Source: Leidyana gryllorum EB-2025a
Taxonomy: Eukaryota > Protista > Apicomplexa
Length of the DNA stretch: 64,000 nt
Assembly: GCA_048772705.1 (NCBI GenBank)
Contig: JBLWGC010000185.1
Span: 1 to 64,000, forward strand
Direction of reading: 5' to 3'
In this document: piece by piece, positions 1-14,000 of the stretch
Layout of the letters: each line of letters opens with the position of its first letter
Numbering within the stretch: the stretch's first letter is position 1
Notes under the pieces: model-generated
Databases searched by the model: none
What the model was told of the DNA's origin: nothing
What the model saw: only the letters and a program-made list of their open reading frames with translations
Translations under genes and position numbers: made by a program

Positions 1-3000
1 TTGAGGCTCAGAGACCGTCTGTGGCTCTTCGGGTTGTGGACGCTCGACATCAGACTCCTCAGATTGAGGCTCAGAGACAGTCTGTGGCTCTTCGGGTTGA
101 GGACGATCGACATCGGGCTCTTCGGGTTGAGGACGCTCGACATCAGATTCCTCAGATTGAGGCTCAGAGATCAGCAGCGGCTCTTCGGGTTGAGGACGCT
201 CGACATCAGACTCCTCAGATTGAGGCTCAGAGACCGTCTGTGGCTCTTCGGGTTGTGGCTGCTCAACATCGGGCTCTTCGGGTTGAGGACGCTCGACATC
301 AGACTCCTCAGATTGAGGCTCAGAGACAGTCTGTGGCTTCTCGCTGTCAACAGGTTGTGGACGCTCGACATCAGACTCCTCAGATTGAGGCTCAGAGACA
401 GTCTGTGGCTCTTCGGGTTGTGGCTGCTCAACATCGGGCTCTTCGGGTTGAGGACGCTCGACATCAGATTCCTCAGATTGAGGCTCAGAGATCAGCTGTG
501 GCTCTTCGGGTTGAGGACGATCGACATCAGACTCCTCACATTGAGGCTCAGAGACAGTCTGTGGCTCTTCGGGTTGTGGACGCTCGACATCAGACTCCTC
601 AGATTGAGGCTCAGAGACAGTCTGTGGCTTCTCGCTGTCAACAGGTTGTGGACGCTCGACATCAGACTCCTCAGATTGAGGCTCAGAGATCAGCAGCGGC
701 TCTTCGGGTTGAGGACGCTCGACATCAGACTCCTCAGATTGAGGCTCAGAGACAGTCTGTGGCTCTTCGGGTTGTGGCTGCTCAACATCGGGCTCTTCGG
801 GTTGAGGACGCTCGACATCAGACTCCTCAGATTGAGGCTCAGAGACAGTCTGTGGCTTCTCGCTGTCAACAGGTTGTGGACGCTCGACATCAGATTCCTC
901 AGATTGAGGCTCAGAGACAGTCTGTGGCTCTTCGGGTTGTGGACGCTCGACATCAGATTCCTCAGATTGAGGCTCAGAGATCAGCTGTGGCTCTTCGGGT
1001 TGAGGACGATCGACATCGGGCTCTTCGGGTTGAGGACGCTCGACATCAGACTCCTCAGATTGAGGCTCAGAGACAGTCTGTGGCTCTTCGGGTTGAGGAC
1101 GCTCGACATCAGACTCCTCAGATTGAGGCTCAGAGACAGTCTGTGGCTTCTCGCTATCAACAGGTTGTGGCTGCTCGACATCAGATTCCTCAGATTGAGG
1201 CTCAGAGACAGTCTGTGGCTCTTCGGGTTGTGGCTGCTCACTATCGGGCACTTCGGGTTGAGGACGCTCGACATCAGACTCCTCAGATTGAGGCTCAGAG
1301 ACAGTCTGCGGCTTCTCGCTGTCAACAGGTTGTGGACGCTCGACATCAGACTCCTCAGATTGAGGCTCAGAGACAGTCTGTGGCTCTTCGGGTTGTGGAC
1401 GCTCGACATCAGACTCCTCAGATTGAGGCTCAGAGACAGTCTGTGGCTTCTCGCTATCAACAGGTTGTGGACGCTCGACATCAGACTCCTCAGATTGAGG
1501 CTCAGAGACAGTCTGTGGCTTCTCGCTGTCAACAGGTTGTGGCTGCTCGACATCAGACTCCTCAGATTGAGGCTCAGAGACAGTCTGTGGCTCTTCGGGT
1601 TGAGGACGCTCGACATCAGACTCCTCAGATTGAGGCTCAGAGACAGTCTGTGGCTCTTCGGGTTGTGGACGCTCGACATCAGACTCCTCAGATTGAGGCT
1701 CAGAGACAGTCTGTGGCTCTTCGGGTTGTGGACGCTCGACATCAGACTCCTCAGATTGAGGCTCAGAGACAGTCTGTGGCTTCTCGCTGTCAACAGGTTG
1801 TGGACGCTCGACATCAGACTCCTCAGATTGAGGCTCAGAGACAGTCTGTGGCTTCTCGCTGTCAACAGGTTGTGGCTGCTCGACATCAGACTCCTCAGAT
1901 TGAGGCTCAGAGACAGTCTGTGGCTTCTCGCTGTCAACAGGTTGTGGACGCTCGACATCAGATTCCTCAGATTGAGGCTCAGAGACAGTCTGTGGCTCTT
2001 CGGGTTGAGGACGCTCGACATCAGATTCCTCAGATTGAGGCTCAGAGACCGTCTGTGGCTTCTCGCTGTCAACAGGTTGTGGACGCTCGACATCAGACTC
2101 CTCAGATTGAGGCTGAGAGACAGTCTGTGGCTCTTCGGGTTGTGGACGCTCGACATCAGACTCCTCAGATTGAGGCTCAGAGACAGTCTGTGGCTTCTCG
2201 CTGTCAACAGGTTGTGGACGCTCGACATCAGATTCCTCAGATTGAGGCTCAGAGACAGTCTGTGGCTCTTCGGGTTGTGGACGCTCGACATCAGATTCCT
2301 CAGATTGAGGCTCAGAGACAGTCTGTGGCTCTTCGGGTTGAGGACGCTCGACATCAGACTCCTCAGATTGAGGCTCAGAGACAGTCTGTGGCTCTTCGGG
2401 TTGTGGACGCTCGACATCAGACTCCTCAGATTGAGGCTCAGAGACAGTCTGTGGCTTCTCGCTGTCAACAGCTTGTGGGTGCTCGACATCAGATTCCTCA
2501 GATTGAGGCTCAGAGACCGTCTGTGGCTTCTCGCTGTCAACAGGTTGTGGACGCTCGACATCAGACTCCTCAGATTGAGGCTCAGAGACAGTCTGTGGCT
2601 TCTCGCTGTCAACAGGTTGTGGACGCTCGACATCAGATTCCTCAGATTGAGGCTCAGAGACAGTCTGTGGCTTCTCGCTGTCAACAGGTTGTGGACGCTC
2701 GACATCAGACTCCTCAGATTGAGGCTCAGAGACAGTCTGTGGCTTCTCGCTGTCAACAGGTTGTGGACGCTCGACATCAGACTCCTCAGATTGAGGCTCA
2801 GAGACAGTCTGTGGCTCTTCGGGTTGTGGACGCTCGACATCAGACTCCTCAGATTGAGGCTCAGAGACAGTCTGTGGCTTCTCGCTGTCGACGGGTTGTG
2901 GGTGCTCGACATCAGACTCCTCAGATTGAGGCTCAGAGACAGTCTGTGGCTCTTCGGGTTGAGGACGCTCGACATCAGATTCCTCAGATTGAGGCTCAGA

Positions 3001-6000
3001 GACAGTCTGTGGCTCTTCGGGTTGTGGCTGCTCGACATCAGACTCCTCAGATTGAGGCTCAGAGACAGTCTGTGGCTCTTCGGGTTGAGGACGCTCGACA
3101 TCAGACTCCTCAGATTGAGGCTCAGAGACAGTCTGTGGCTCTTCGGGTTGTGGACGCTCGACATCAGACTCCTCAGATTGAGGCTCAGAGACAGTCTGTG
3201 GCTTCTCGCTGTCAACAGGTTGTGGCTGCTCGACATCAGACTCCTCAGATTGAGGCTCAGAGACAGTCTGTGGCTTCTCGCTATCAACAGGTTGTGGACG
3301 CTCGACATCAGACTCCTCAGATTGAGGCTCAGAGACAGTCTGTGGCTTCTCGCTATCAACAGGTTGTGGCTGCTCGACATCAGATTCCTCAGATTGAGGC
3401 TCAGAGACAGTCTGTGGCTCTTCGGGTTGTTGCTCGACATCAGACTCCTCAGATTGAGGCTCAGAGACATCTGTGGCTCTTCGGATTGAGGACGCTCGAC
3501 ATCAGACTCCTCAGATTGAGGCTCAGAGACAGTCTGTGGCTTCTCGCTGTCAACAGGTTGTGGCTGCTCGACATCAGATTCCTCAGATTGAGGCTCAGAG
3601 ACAGTCTGTGGCTCTTCGGGTTGTGGCTGCTCAACATCAGACTCCTCAGATTGAGGCTCAGAGACAGTCTGTGGCTTCTCGCTGTCAACAGGTTGAGGAC
3701 GCTCGACATCAGACTCCTCAGATTGAGGCTCAGAGACAGTCTGTGGCTTCTCGCTGTCAACAGGTTGTGGCTGCTCGACATCAGATTCCTCAGATTGAGG
3801 CTCAGAGACAGTCTGTGGCTCTTCGGGTTGTGGCTGCTCGACATCAGACTCCTCAGATTGAGGCTCAGAGACAGTCTGTGGCTCTTCGGGTTGAGGACGC
3901 TCGACATCAGACTCCTCAGATTGAGGCTCAGAGACAGTCTGTGGCTTCTCGCTGTCAACAGGTTGTGGACGCTCGACATCAGACTCCTCAGATTGAGGCT
4001 CAGAGACAGTCTGTGGCTTCTCGCTGTCAACAGGTTGTGGCTGCTCGACATCAGACTCCTCAGATTGAGGCTCAGAGACAGTCTGTGGCTTCTCGCTGTC
4101 AACAGGTTGTGGCTGCTCGACATCAGACTCCTCAGATTGAGGCTCAGAGACAGTCTGTGGCTCTTCGGGTTGAGGACGCTCGACATCAGATTCCTCAGAT
4201 TGAGGCTCAGAGACAGTCTGTGGCTCTTCGGGTTGTGGCTGCTCAACATCGGGCTCTTCGGGTTGAGGACGCTCGACATCAGACTCCTCAGATCGAGGCT
4301 CAGAGACAGTCTGTGGCTTCTCGCTATCAACAGGTTGTGGACGCTCGACATCAGACTCCTCAGATTGAGGCTCAGAGACAGTCTGTGGCTCTTCGGGTTG
4401 AGGACGCTCGACATCAGACTCCTCAGATTGAGGCTCAGAGACAGTCTGTGGCTTCTCGCTGTCAACAGGTTGTGGACGCTCGACATCAGATTCCTCAGAT
4501 TGAGGCTCAGAGACAGTCTGTGGCTCTTCGGGTTGTGGACGCTCGACATCAGATTCCTCAGATTGAGGCTCAGAGACAGTCTGTGGCTCTTCGGGTTGTG
4601 GACGCTCGACATCAGACTCCTCAGATTGAGGCTCAGAGACAGTCTGTGGCTTCTCGCTGTCAACAGGTTGTGGCTGCTCGACATCAGACTCCTCAGATTG
4701 AGGCTCAGAGACAGTCTGTGGCTTCTCGCTGTCGACGGGTTGTGGGTGCTCGACATCAGACTCCTCAGATTGAGGCTCAGAGATCAGCTGTGGCTCTTCG
4801 GGTTGTGGACGCTCGACATCAGACTCCTCAGATTGAGGCTCAGAGACAGTCTGTGGCTTCTCGCTGTCAACAGGTTGTGGCTGCTCGACATCAGACTCCT
4901 CAGATTGAGGCTCAGAGACAGTCTGTGGCTTCTCGCTATCAACAGGTTGTGGACGCTCGACATCAGACTCCTCAGATTGAGGCTCAGAGATCAGCTGTGG
5001 CTCTTCGGGTTTGGGACGCTCGACATCAGACTCCTCAGATTGAGGCTCAGAGACAGTCTGTGGCTTCTCGCTGTCAACAGGTTGTGGACGCTCGACATCA
5101 GACTCCTCAGATTGAGGCTCAGAGACAGTCTGTGGCTCTTCGGGTTGTGGACGCTCGACATCAGACTCCTCAGATTGAGGCTCAGAGATCAGCTGTGGCT
5201 CTTCGGGTTGTGGACGCTCGACATCAGACTCCTCAGATTGAGGCTCAGAGATCAGCTGTGGCTCTTCGGGTTTGGGACGCTCGACATCAGATTCCTCAGA
5301 TTGAGGCTCAGAGATCAGCTGTGGCTCTTCGGGTTGAGGACGCTCGACATCAGACTCCTCAGATTGAGGCTCAGAGACAGTCTGTGGCTTCTCGCTGTCA
5401 ACAGGTTGTGGACGCTCGACATCAGACTCCTCAGATTGAGGCTCAGAGACAGTCTGTGGCTCTTCGGGTTGTGGACGCTCGACATCAGACTCCTCAGATT
5501 GAGGCTCAGAGATCAGCTGTGGCTCTTCGGGTTGTGGACGCTCGACATCAGACTCCTCAGATTGAGGCTCAGAGACAGTCTGTGGCTTCTCGCTGTCAAC
5601 AGGTTGTGGACGCTCGACATCAGACTCCTCAGATTGAGGCTCAGAGATCAGCTGTGGCTCTTCGGGTTGTGGACGCTCGACATCAGACTCCTCAGATTGA
5701 GGCTCAGAGACAGTCTGTGGCTCTTCGGGTTGTGGACGCTCGACATCAGACTCCTCAGATTGAGGCTCAGAGACAGTCTGTGGCTTCTCGCTGTCAACAG
5801 GTTGTGGACGCTCGACATCAGACTCCTCAGATTGAGGCTCAGAGACAGTCTGTGGCTCTTCGGGTTGAGGACGCTCGACATCAGATTCCTCAGATTGAGG
5901 CTCAGAGACAGTCTGTGGCTCTTCGGGTTGTGGACGCTCGACATCAGACTCCTCAGATTGAGGCTCAGAGACAGTCTGTGGCTTCTCGCTTTCAACAGGT

Positions 6001-9000
6001 TGTGGCTGCTCGACATCAGATTCCTCAGATTGAGGCTCAGAGACAGTCTGTGGCTTCTCGCTGTCAACAGGTTGTGGACGCTCGACATCAGACTCCTCAG
6101 ATTGAGGCTCAGAGACAGTCTGTGGCTTCTCGCTGTCAACAGGTTGTGGCTGCTCGACATCAGACTCCTCAGATTGAGGCTCAGAGACAGTCTGTGGCTT
6201 CTCGCTGTCAACAGGTTGTGGACGCTCGACATCAGACTCCTCAGATTGAGGCTCAGAGACAGTCTGTGGCTTCTCGCTGTCAACAGGTTGTGGACGCTCG
6301 ACATCAGACTCCTCAGATTGAGGCTCAGAGACAGTCTGTGGCTTCTCGCTGTCAACAGGTTGTGGACGCTCGACATCAGACTCCTCAGATTGAGGCTCAG
6401 AGACAGTCTGTGGCTCTTCGGGTTGAGGACGCTCGACATCAGACTCCTCAGATTGAGGCTCAGAGACAGTCTGTGGCTCTTCGGGTTGAGGACGCTCGAC
6501 ATCAGATTCCTCAGATTGAGGCTCAGAGACAGTCTGTGGCTCTTCGGGTTGTGGACGCTCGACATCAGACTCCTCAGATTGAGGCTCAGAGACAGTCTGT
6601 GGCTTCTCGCTGTCAACAGGTTGTGGCTGCTCGACATCAGACTCCTCAGATTGAGGCTCAGAGATCAGCTGTGGCTCTTCGGGTTTGGGACGCTCGACAT
6701 CAGACTCCTCAGATTGAGGCTCAGAGACAGTCTGTGGCTTCTCGCTGTCAACAGGTTGTGGACGCTCGACATCAGACTCCTCAGATTGAGGCTCAGAGAT
6801 CAGCTGTGGCTCTTCGGGTTGTGGACGCTCGACATCAGACTCCTCAGATTGAGGCTCAGAGACAGTCTGTGGCTTCTCGCTGTCAACAGGTTGTGGACGC
6901 TCGACATCAGACTCCTCAGATTGAGGCTCAGAGACAGTCTGTGGCTCTTCGGGTTGTGGACGCTCGACATCAGACTCCTCAGATTGAGGCTCAGAGACAG
7001 TCTGTGGCTTCTCGCTGTCAACAGGTTGTGGACGCTCGACATCAGACTCCTCAGATTGAGGCTCAGAGACAGTCTGTGGCTTCTCGCTATCAACAGGTTG
7101 TGGCTGCTCGACATCAGATTCCTCAGATTGAGGCTCAGAGACAGTCTGTGGCTCTTCGGGTTGTGGACGCTCGACATCAGACTCCTCAGATTGAGGCTCA
7201 GAGACAGTCTGTGGCTTCTCGCTTTCAACAGGTTGTGGCTGCTCGACATCAGATTCCTCAGATTGAGGCTCAGAGACAGTCTGTGGCTTCTCGCTGTCAA
7301 CGGGTTGTGGACGCTCGACATCAGACTCCTCAGATTGAGGCTCAGAGACAGTCTGTGGCTTCTCGCTGTCAACAGGTTGTGGACGCTCGACATCAGACTC
7401 CTCAGATTGAGGCTCAGAGACAGTCTGTGGCTTCTCGCTGTCAACAGGTTGTGGACGCTCGACATCAGATTCCTCAGATTGAGGCTCAGAGACAGTCTGT
7501 GGCTCTTCGGGTTGAGGACGCTCGACATCAGACTCCTCAGATTGAGGCTCAGAGACAGTCTGTGGCTTCTCGCTGTCAACAGGTTGTGGACGCTCGACAT
7601 CAGACTCCTCAGATTGAGGCTCAGAGACAGTCTGTGGCTCTTCGGGTTGAGGACGCTCGACATCAGACTCCTCAGATTGAGGCTCAGAGACAGTCTGTGG
7701 CTTCTCGCTGTCAACAGGTTGTGGACGCTCGACATCAGATTCCTCAGATTGAGGCTCAGAGACAGTCTGTGGCTCTTCGGGTTGAGGACGCTCGACATCA
7801 GACTCCTCAGATTGAGGCTCAGAGACAGTCTGTGGCTTCTCGCTGTCAACAGGTTGTGGACGCTCGACATCAGACTCCTCAGATTGAGGCTCAGAGACCG
7901 TCTGTGGCTTCTCGCTGTCAACAGGTTGTGGACGCTCGACATCAGACTCCTCAGATTGAGGCTCAGAGACAGTCTGTGGCTTCTCGCTGTCAACAGGTTG
8001 TGGACGCTCGACATCAGATTCCTCAGATTGAGGCTCAGAGACAGTCTGTGGCTTCTCGCTGTCAACAGGTTGTGGCTGCTCGACATCAGATTCCTCAGAT
8101 TGAGGCTCAGAGACAGTCTGTGGCTCTTCGGGTTGTGGACGCTCGACATCAGACTCCTCAGATTGAGGCTCAGAGACAGTCTGTGGCTTCTCGCTGTCAA
8201 CAGGTTGTGGACGCTCGACATCAGACTCCTCAGATTGAGGCTGAGAGACAGTCTGTGGCTCTTCGGGTTGTGGACGCTCGACATCAGACTCCTCAGATTG
8301 AGGCTCAGAGACAGTCTGTGGCTCTTCGGGTTGTGGACGCTCGACATCAGACTCCTCAGATTGAGGCTCAGAGACAGTCTGTGGCTCTTCGGGTTGAGGA
8401 CGCTCGACATCAGACTCCTCAGATTGAGGCTCAGAGACAGTCTGTGGCTTCTCGCTGTCAACAGGTTGTGGACGCTCGACATCAGACTCCTCAGATTGAG
8501 GCTCAGAGACAGTCTGTGGCTTCTCGCTGTCAACAGGTTGTGGCTGCTCGACATCAGACTCCTCAGATTGAGGCTCAGAGACAGTCTGTGGCTTCTCGCT
8601 GTCAACAGGTTGTGGCTGCTCGACATCAGACTCCTCAGATTGAGGCTCAGAGACAGTCTGTGGCTCTTCGGGTTGTGGACGCTCGACATCAGACTCCTCA
8701 GATTGAGGCTCAGAGACAGTCTGTGGCTTCTCGCTGTCAACAGGTTGTGGACGCTCGACATCAGACTCCTCAGATTGAGGCTCAGAGACAGTCTGTGGCT
8801 TCTCGCTGCCAACAGGTTGTGGCTGCTCGACATCAGACTCCTCAGATTGAGGCTCAGAGACAGTCTGTGGCTCTTCGGGTTGAGGACGCTCGACATCAGA
8901 CTCCTCAGATTGAGGCTCAGAGACAGTCTGTGGCTTCTCGCTGTCAACAGGTTGTGGACGCTCGACATCAGACTCCTCAGATTGAGGCTCAGAGACAGTC

Positions 9001-11033
9001 TGTGGCTTCTCGCTGTCAACAGGTTGTGGACGCTCGACATCAGACTCCTCAGATTGAGGCTCAGAGACAGTCTGTGGCTCTTCGGGTTGAGGACGCTCGA
9101 CATCAGACTCCTCAGATTGAGGCTCAGAGACAGTCTGTGGCTTCTCGCTGTCAACAGGTTGTGGACGCTCGACATCAGACTCCTCAGATTGAGGCTCAGA
9201 GACAGTCTGTGGCTCTTCGGGTTGTGGCTGCTCAACATCGGGCTCTTCGGGTTGAGGACGCTCGACATCAGACTCCTCAGATTGAGGCTCAGAGACAGTC
9301 TGTGGCTTCTCGCTATCAACAGGTTGTGGCTGCTCGACATCAGACTCCTCAGATTGAGGCTCAGAGACAGTCTGTGGCTTCTCGCTGTCAACAGGTTGTG
9401 GACGCTCGACATCAGATTCCTCAGATTGAGGCTCAGAGACAGTCTGTGGCTCTTCGGGTTGTGGCTGCTCGACATCAGACTCCTCAGATTGAGGCTCACA
9501 GACAGTCTGTGGCTTCTCGCTGTCAACAGGTTGTGGACGCTCGACATCAGATTCCTCAGATTGAGGCTCAGAGACAGTCTGTGGCTCTTCGGGTTGAGGA
9601 CGCTCGACATCAGACTCCTCAGATTGAGGCTCAGAGACAGTCTGTGGCTCTTCGGGTTGTGGACGCTCGACATCAGACTCCTCAGATTGAGGCTCAGAGA
9701 CAGTCTGTGGCTCTTCGGGTTGTGGACGCTCGACATCAGACTCCTCAGATTGAGGCTCAGAGACAGTCTGTGGCTTCTCGCTGTCAACAGGTTGTGGCTG
9801 CTCGACATCAGATTCCTCAGATTGAGGCTCAGAGACAGTCTGTGGCTCTTCGGGTTGAGGACGCTCGACATCAGACTCCTCAGATTGAGGCTCAGAGACA
9901 GTCTGTGGCTCTTCGGGTTGTGGCTGCTCGACATCAGACTCCTCAGATTGAGGCTCAGAGACAGTCTGTGGCTTCTCGCTGTCAACAGGTTGTGGACGCT
10001 CGACATCAGATTCCTCAGATTGAGGCTCAGAGACAGTCTGTGGCTCTTCGGGTTGTGGACGCTCGACATCAGATTCCTCAGATTGAGGCTCAGAGACAGT
10101 CTGTGGCTCTTCGGGTTGTGGACGCTCGACATCAGACTCCTCAGATTGAGGCTCAGAGACAGTCTGTGGCTCTTCGGGTTGTGGCTGCTCGACATCAGAC
10201 TCCTCAGATTGAGGCTCAGAGACAGTCTGTGGCTTCTCGCTGTCAACAGGTTGTGGCTGCTCGACATCAGATTCCTCAGATTGAGGCTCAGAGACAGTCT
10301 GTGGCTCTTCGGGTTGAGGACGCTCGACATCAGACTCCTCAGATTGAGGCTCAGAGACAGTCTGTGGCTCTTCGGGTTGTGGACGCTCGACATCAGACTC
10401 CTCAGATTGAGGCTCAGAGACAGTCTGTGGCTTCTCTTCGGGTTGTGGACGCTCGACATCAGACTCCTCAGATTGAGGCTCAGAGACAGTCTGTGGCTTC
10501 TCGCTGTCAACAGGTTGTGGCTGCTCGACATCAGACTCCTCAGATTGAGGCTCAGAGACAGTCTGTGGCTCTTCGGGTTGAGGACGCTCGACATCAGACT
10601 CCTCAGATTGAGGCTCAGAGACAGTCTGTGGCTTCTCGCTGTCAACAGGTTGTGGCTGCTCGACATCAGATTCCTCAGATTGAGGCTCAGAGACAGTCTG
10701 TGGCTCTTCGGGTTGAGGACGCTCGACATCAGACTCCTCAGATTGAGGCTCAGAGACAGTCTGTGGCTCCTCGGGTTGTCGCTGCTCAACATCAGACTCC
10801 TCAGACTGAGGCTCGGAGATAGTCTGTGGCTTCTCGCTGTCAACAGGTTGTGGCTGCTCGACATCAGACTCCTCAGATTGAGGCTCAGAGACGGTCTGTG
10901 GCTTCTCGCTTTGAACAGGTTGTGGCTGCTCGACATCAGACTCCTCAGATTGAGGCTCGGAGACAGTTTGTGGCTTCTCGCTGTCAACAGGTTGTGGGTG
11001 CTCAACATCAGACACCTCAGATTTAGGCTGCGA
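1..11033 (-). repeat. Coding minisatellite array of roughly 160-170 units: 63-bp (EEPQTVSEPQSEESDVERPQP) and 72-bp (VDSEKPQTVSEPQSEESDVERPQP) units, with occasional 30-bp units (EEPDVEQPQP)
   Basis: Directly visible: the core ctcgacatcagactcctcagattgaggctcagagacagtctgtggct recurs throughout. Units degenerate towards the 11,033 edge, and the array runs off the window start. Confidence 0.98.
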
Positions 11034-14000
11034 GATTACTCGCTCTATTGCGATAGGCTCTGAGGGAGCTTTCTCTGAGGAGGGGATCGAGATTGAGTAA
11101 TGCACATGACTTCCAATGGACCTCGGTTGTCTTCCATCCGATTGGTTTTCGTGTCCTTCAGAGCCAGGGACAGACTGTCCTGAGCGGTCTGAGATCCAAT
11201 CAGCTTTTTGACACGGCTTGATGGCAGAACTTTGTTCGGAGAGGGATGAGTTGAGCGAACTTGAGCCCACTGAGTGTGCTGCTTCGCGCGGCAATACGCA
11301 AGCGGTCCTCCAAGCTGCCTCCTGAGAAGCGCTTGAAACATTTTCATTTGAAGTACTTCCATCCTCGCCTGGATGTTGCGAATCAGGCGACAGATCCTTC
11401 TCCTCGATGGATTGGCTTCCTTGTTGTTTGCTGTCCGACGGTGACTCGTGCTTATCTAATTGTGGAAGAACGGACGAGATGTTCGTTTCCATATTGGGTG
11501 GATGTCTCGGAGGTGTTGGTGACTGGTTGGGTTCGTGAAGGATACTGGTCGACCGAGCACGAGGGTCCGCATCTTCTGTTGAAGAGTACACCGCGTCATA
11601 GATCGGCGGGGTACCAGGGAGGCCTGGAAGGGAGTCAACACCAAGAGGAGGCTTGTCGTGAGGTTTATATGTGGGTAGATTTTCCAGTGACGAGTTCATG
11701 CGGCTGCATCGTCGGTGAGGCATATGCCAAGAGCAATCATCTTCTGGCAGAGACGAACGGTCGAAGTCGCTGGGAGTCCATCGTGCACCTGAGCTCGAGG
11801 TAAGGGTGATATCAGTACGGAAATTGGTGGGTGTTGGGGGTGCTATGGGCGCTATTCTGGGCGGCGTCTCATCGGAGGGCCCTCCAAGGGCCCTTGACAC
11901 CCCGCTCCTGGAGGAGGTGGACCTTTGCTCGCAGACGACGACGGACGGTGTTTTAGTAGGTGGGACCTTGTTAACCTCAGAGCACCTGCTTGGCACTTGC
12001 TCAGAAGGCTCTGGCAAGAATTCAGGTCCCTCCAGACCATAGTCCTCAGGCATGCACTCGTCAGATGGAAGGTCGCCACGGGAGGGTGTGTCACAAACTT
12101 CTGCGACATCAGAGAGACCCGAAGGAGTGAATCTCGGCACAGAAGTGGGTAAGGCTGTGGGTCCATGAGGCTCGGAGGGGCCTCCGAGCGGACGGTCAAT
12201 GTCGGAGACACTGAGTCTGGGAGACATTGCTTCCTCACCAACGGGGGGACGCGGTTCAGCATCGGTTATGGGACTGCGGCCAGTCGAGGCAAGCGGGGAG
12301 TTGTAGCCTCCCTCCGATTCACTCGATTCCGTCAGTAACGTGTCTTCCACTTCACTGGATTGTTGGGGCTCCGATTGGGGCTCCTGTGTACCACTAGCAG
12401 CATCGGGAGGGGGTACATATGAGTTCGCGTGATTTGACCAGTCTTCCGTGGGGACAGGGGAACCGTCAAGATCGGTGACCAAAGTTGCAGCTTCTTCTTC
12501 TTCATCAGAGGGTTGCTCTCGAAGCGGTTGCGAGGGGGTACCATCATTGGTCGCAACTGGAAGATCGGCTTCATACATGTCTTCACTGATTGTATCTTCT
12601 TCGACCTCGGTTTGACTCGGGCGCTGCAGGGGGTCGACTTCAATCAACATTGGTTCCTCGTCCGTTATCCAAGTTTCCTCATCCTGCTGACTCGTCAAGA
12701 GATCACTTGAGGAAGAGTGGCGTAAGGCGGGTGTCTTTCCACCGGATTCGTACCGGCCTCTTGGTGTCTCTTCCTGCAGACCGGAGGGGAAGGTATTTGA
12801 CTCTGGGGACGATCCAGAAAGCGGCTGTTCAGGAATTTCTCGAACTTCTCTCACAGGAAGTTGATCACTGGACGGGTTACCACGGGGTCTCGGACCGACG
12901 CTGGGACCGAATGAAGATTCGTCATCACCAATGTGACTTCCAGCACTAAAGTCTGGAAGGTTTTCATTCATCTCATTGTAATCCCCCTCAGAAGCCATTC
13001 GGACGGAGGGAGGTTGTTCACGCTCCTGGCCGTACCCATATGGACTCTCCAAACTTGGTTCCGACGGTGTGATTAAGTCACGGGAGGAATCGATGCTGTT
13101 CACGCCTTCGACACTGTTGCATTTTCTCGGTTCCCCGCTATGCTCTGGCGGAGTAGGGAGACGCTGCAGGTTTTCGGCACGACCAGGAAGATACTCTCCG
13201 CCTCCGCCTGGTTTCCCTTCGGAGGGGGCACTCAATGGAGTATCGGCAGTGGGCACTCGAGGAGAGTTAGCGTTGTCGTCGAGACCTTCCGAAGACCACT
13301 GAGACATATCCATATCCCTCAATTCTGGCTCGGTATCAGTATTCTCTGGATGGCGTGGGAGGCTTGGCTCTTCGGTGTAGTCCGATTCTCTCATAGATCT
13401 GTCGCCCGAGGATGCGGATTCTTCAATTGAAAGTTCACGAGTGGGATCCTCTGGTCGCGGCAGGTCGGGGGACGAGATGCTCGCCGATTGGCAATCGGAG
13501 ACGTCGGAGAAAGGATGAGAAATCTGACTGCGTGAAGCATCCGCGGCTTCTGCACTCGGAGTAGACGGCCTTGCGTCTTCATCTTGGGGGGCGATTGCGG
13601 ACAAGGTGGAATGCGACAACAAATCGCTTGACACGGCAGTCACCCCGCTCGCCTGCCGAGTGGGTGGTTCCAAATCCGGGGAGATACCCGAGTCTTGATT
13701 GACTGGTCCGTTGACATCGTATGTGGCGGGTAGTTCGCTGATAGCAAAGTTGGGATTACTGATGGTGGACGAGCTGCTGTCTCCTTCCGATTCGCTCTCC
13801 ATAACATCCGGCAGTCGAGGACCGTGTGTTTGAGGGGGTGGTCGACGATGAGATGTTGGGATTGGGGTCGGTTTGCGATAGAATGCATAAGTTTGAACAT
13901 TCGGACGTTGACGCAAAGGACCGCTCCCACTCTCATCCGAGCTTCCTGAATCGGCTTCCAGCTGCGGCACTCGTCTCCTCGGCAGTAAAGACTCATGAAT

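Noticed and set aside
1-11033. CRISPR-like array (constant repeat with variable intervening sequence)
   Set aside because: The intervening parts are a handful of recurring variants rather than unique spacers; the context is eukaryotic and there are no cas genes.
1-11063. Very long plus-strand and alternative-frame ORFs (1162, 3680, 2449 and 1402 aa)
   Set aside because: By-products of a 3n repeat that lacks stops in several frames; only the minus-strand SEPQSEESDV frame continues into unique coding sequence.
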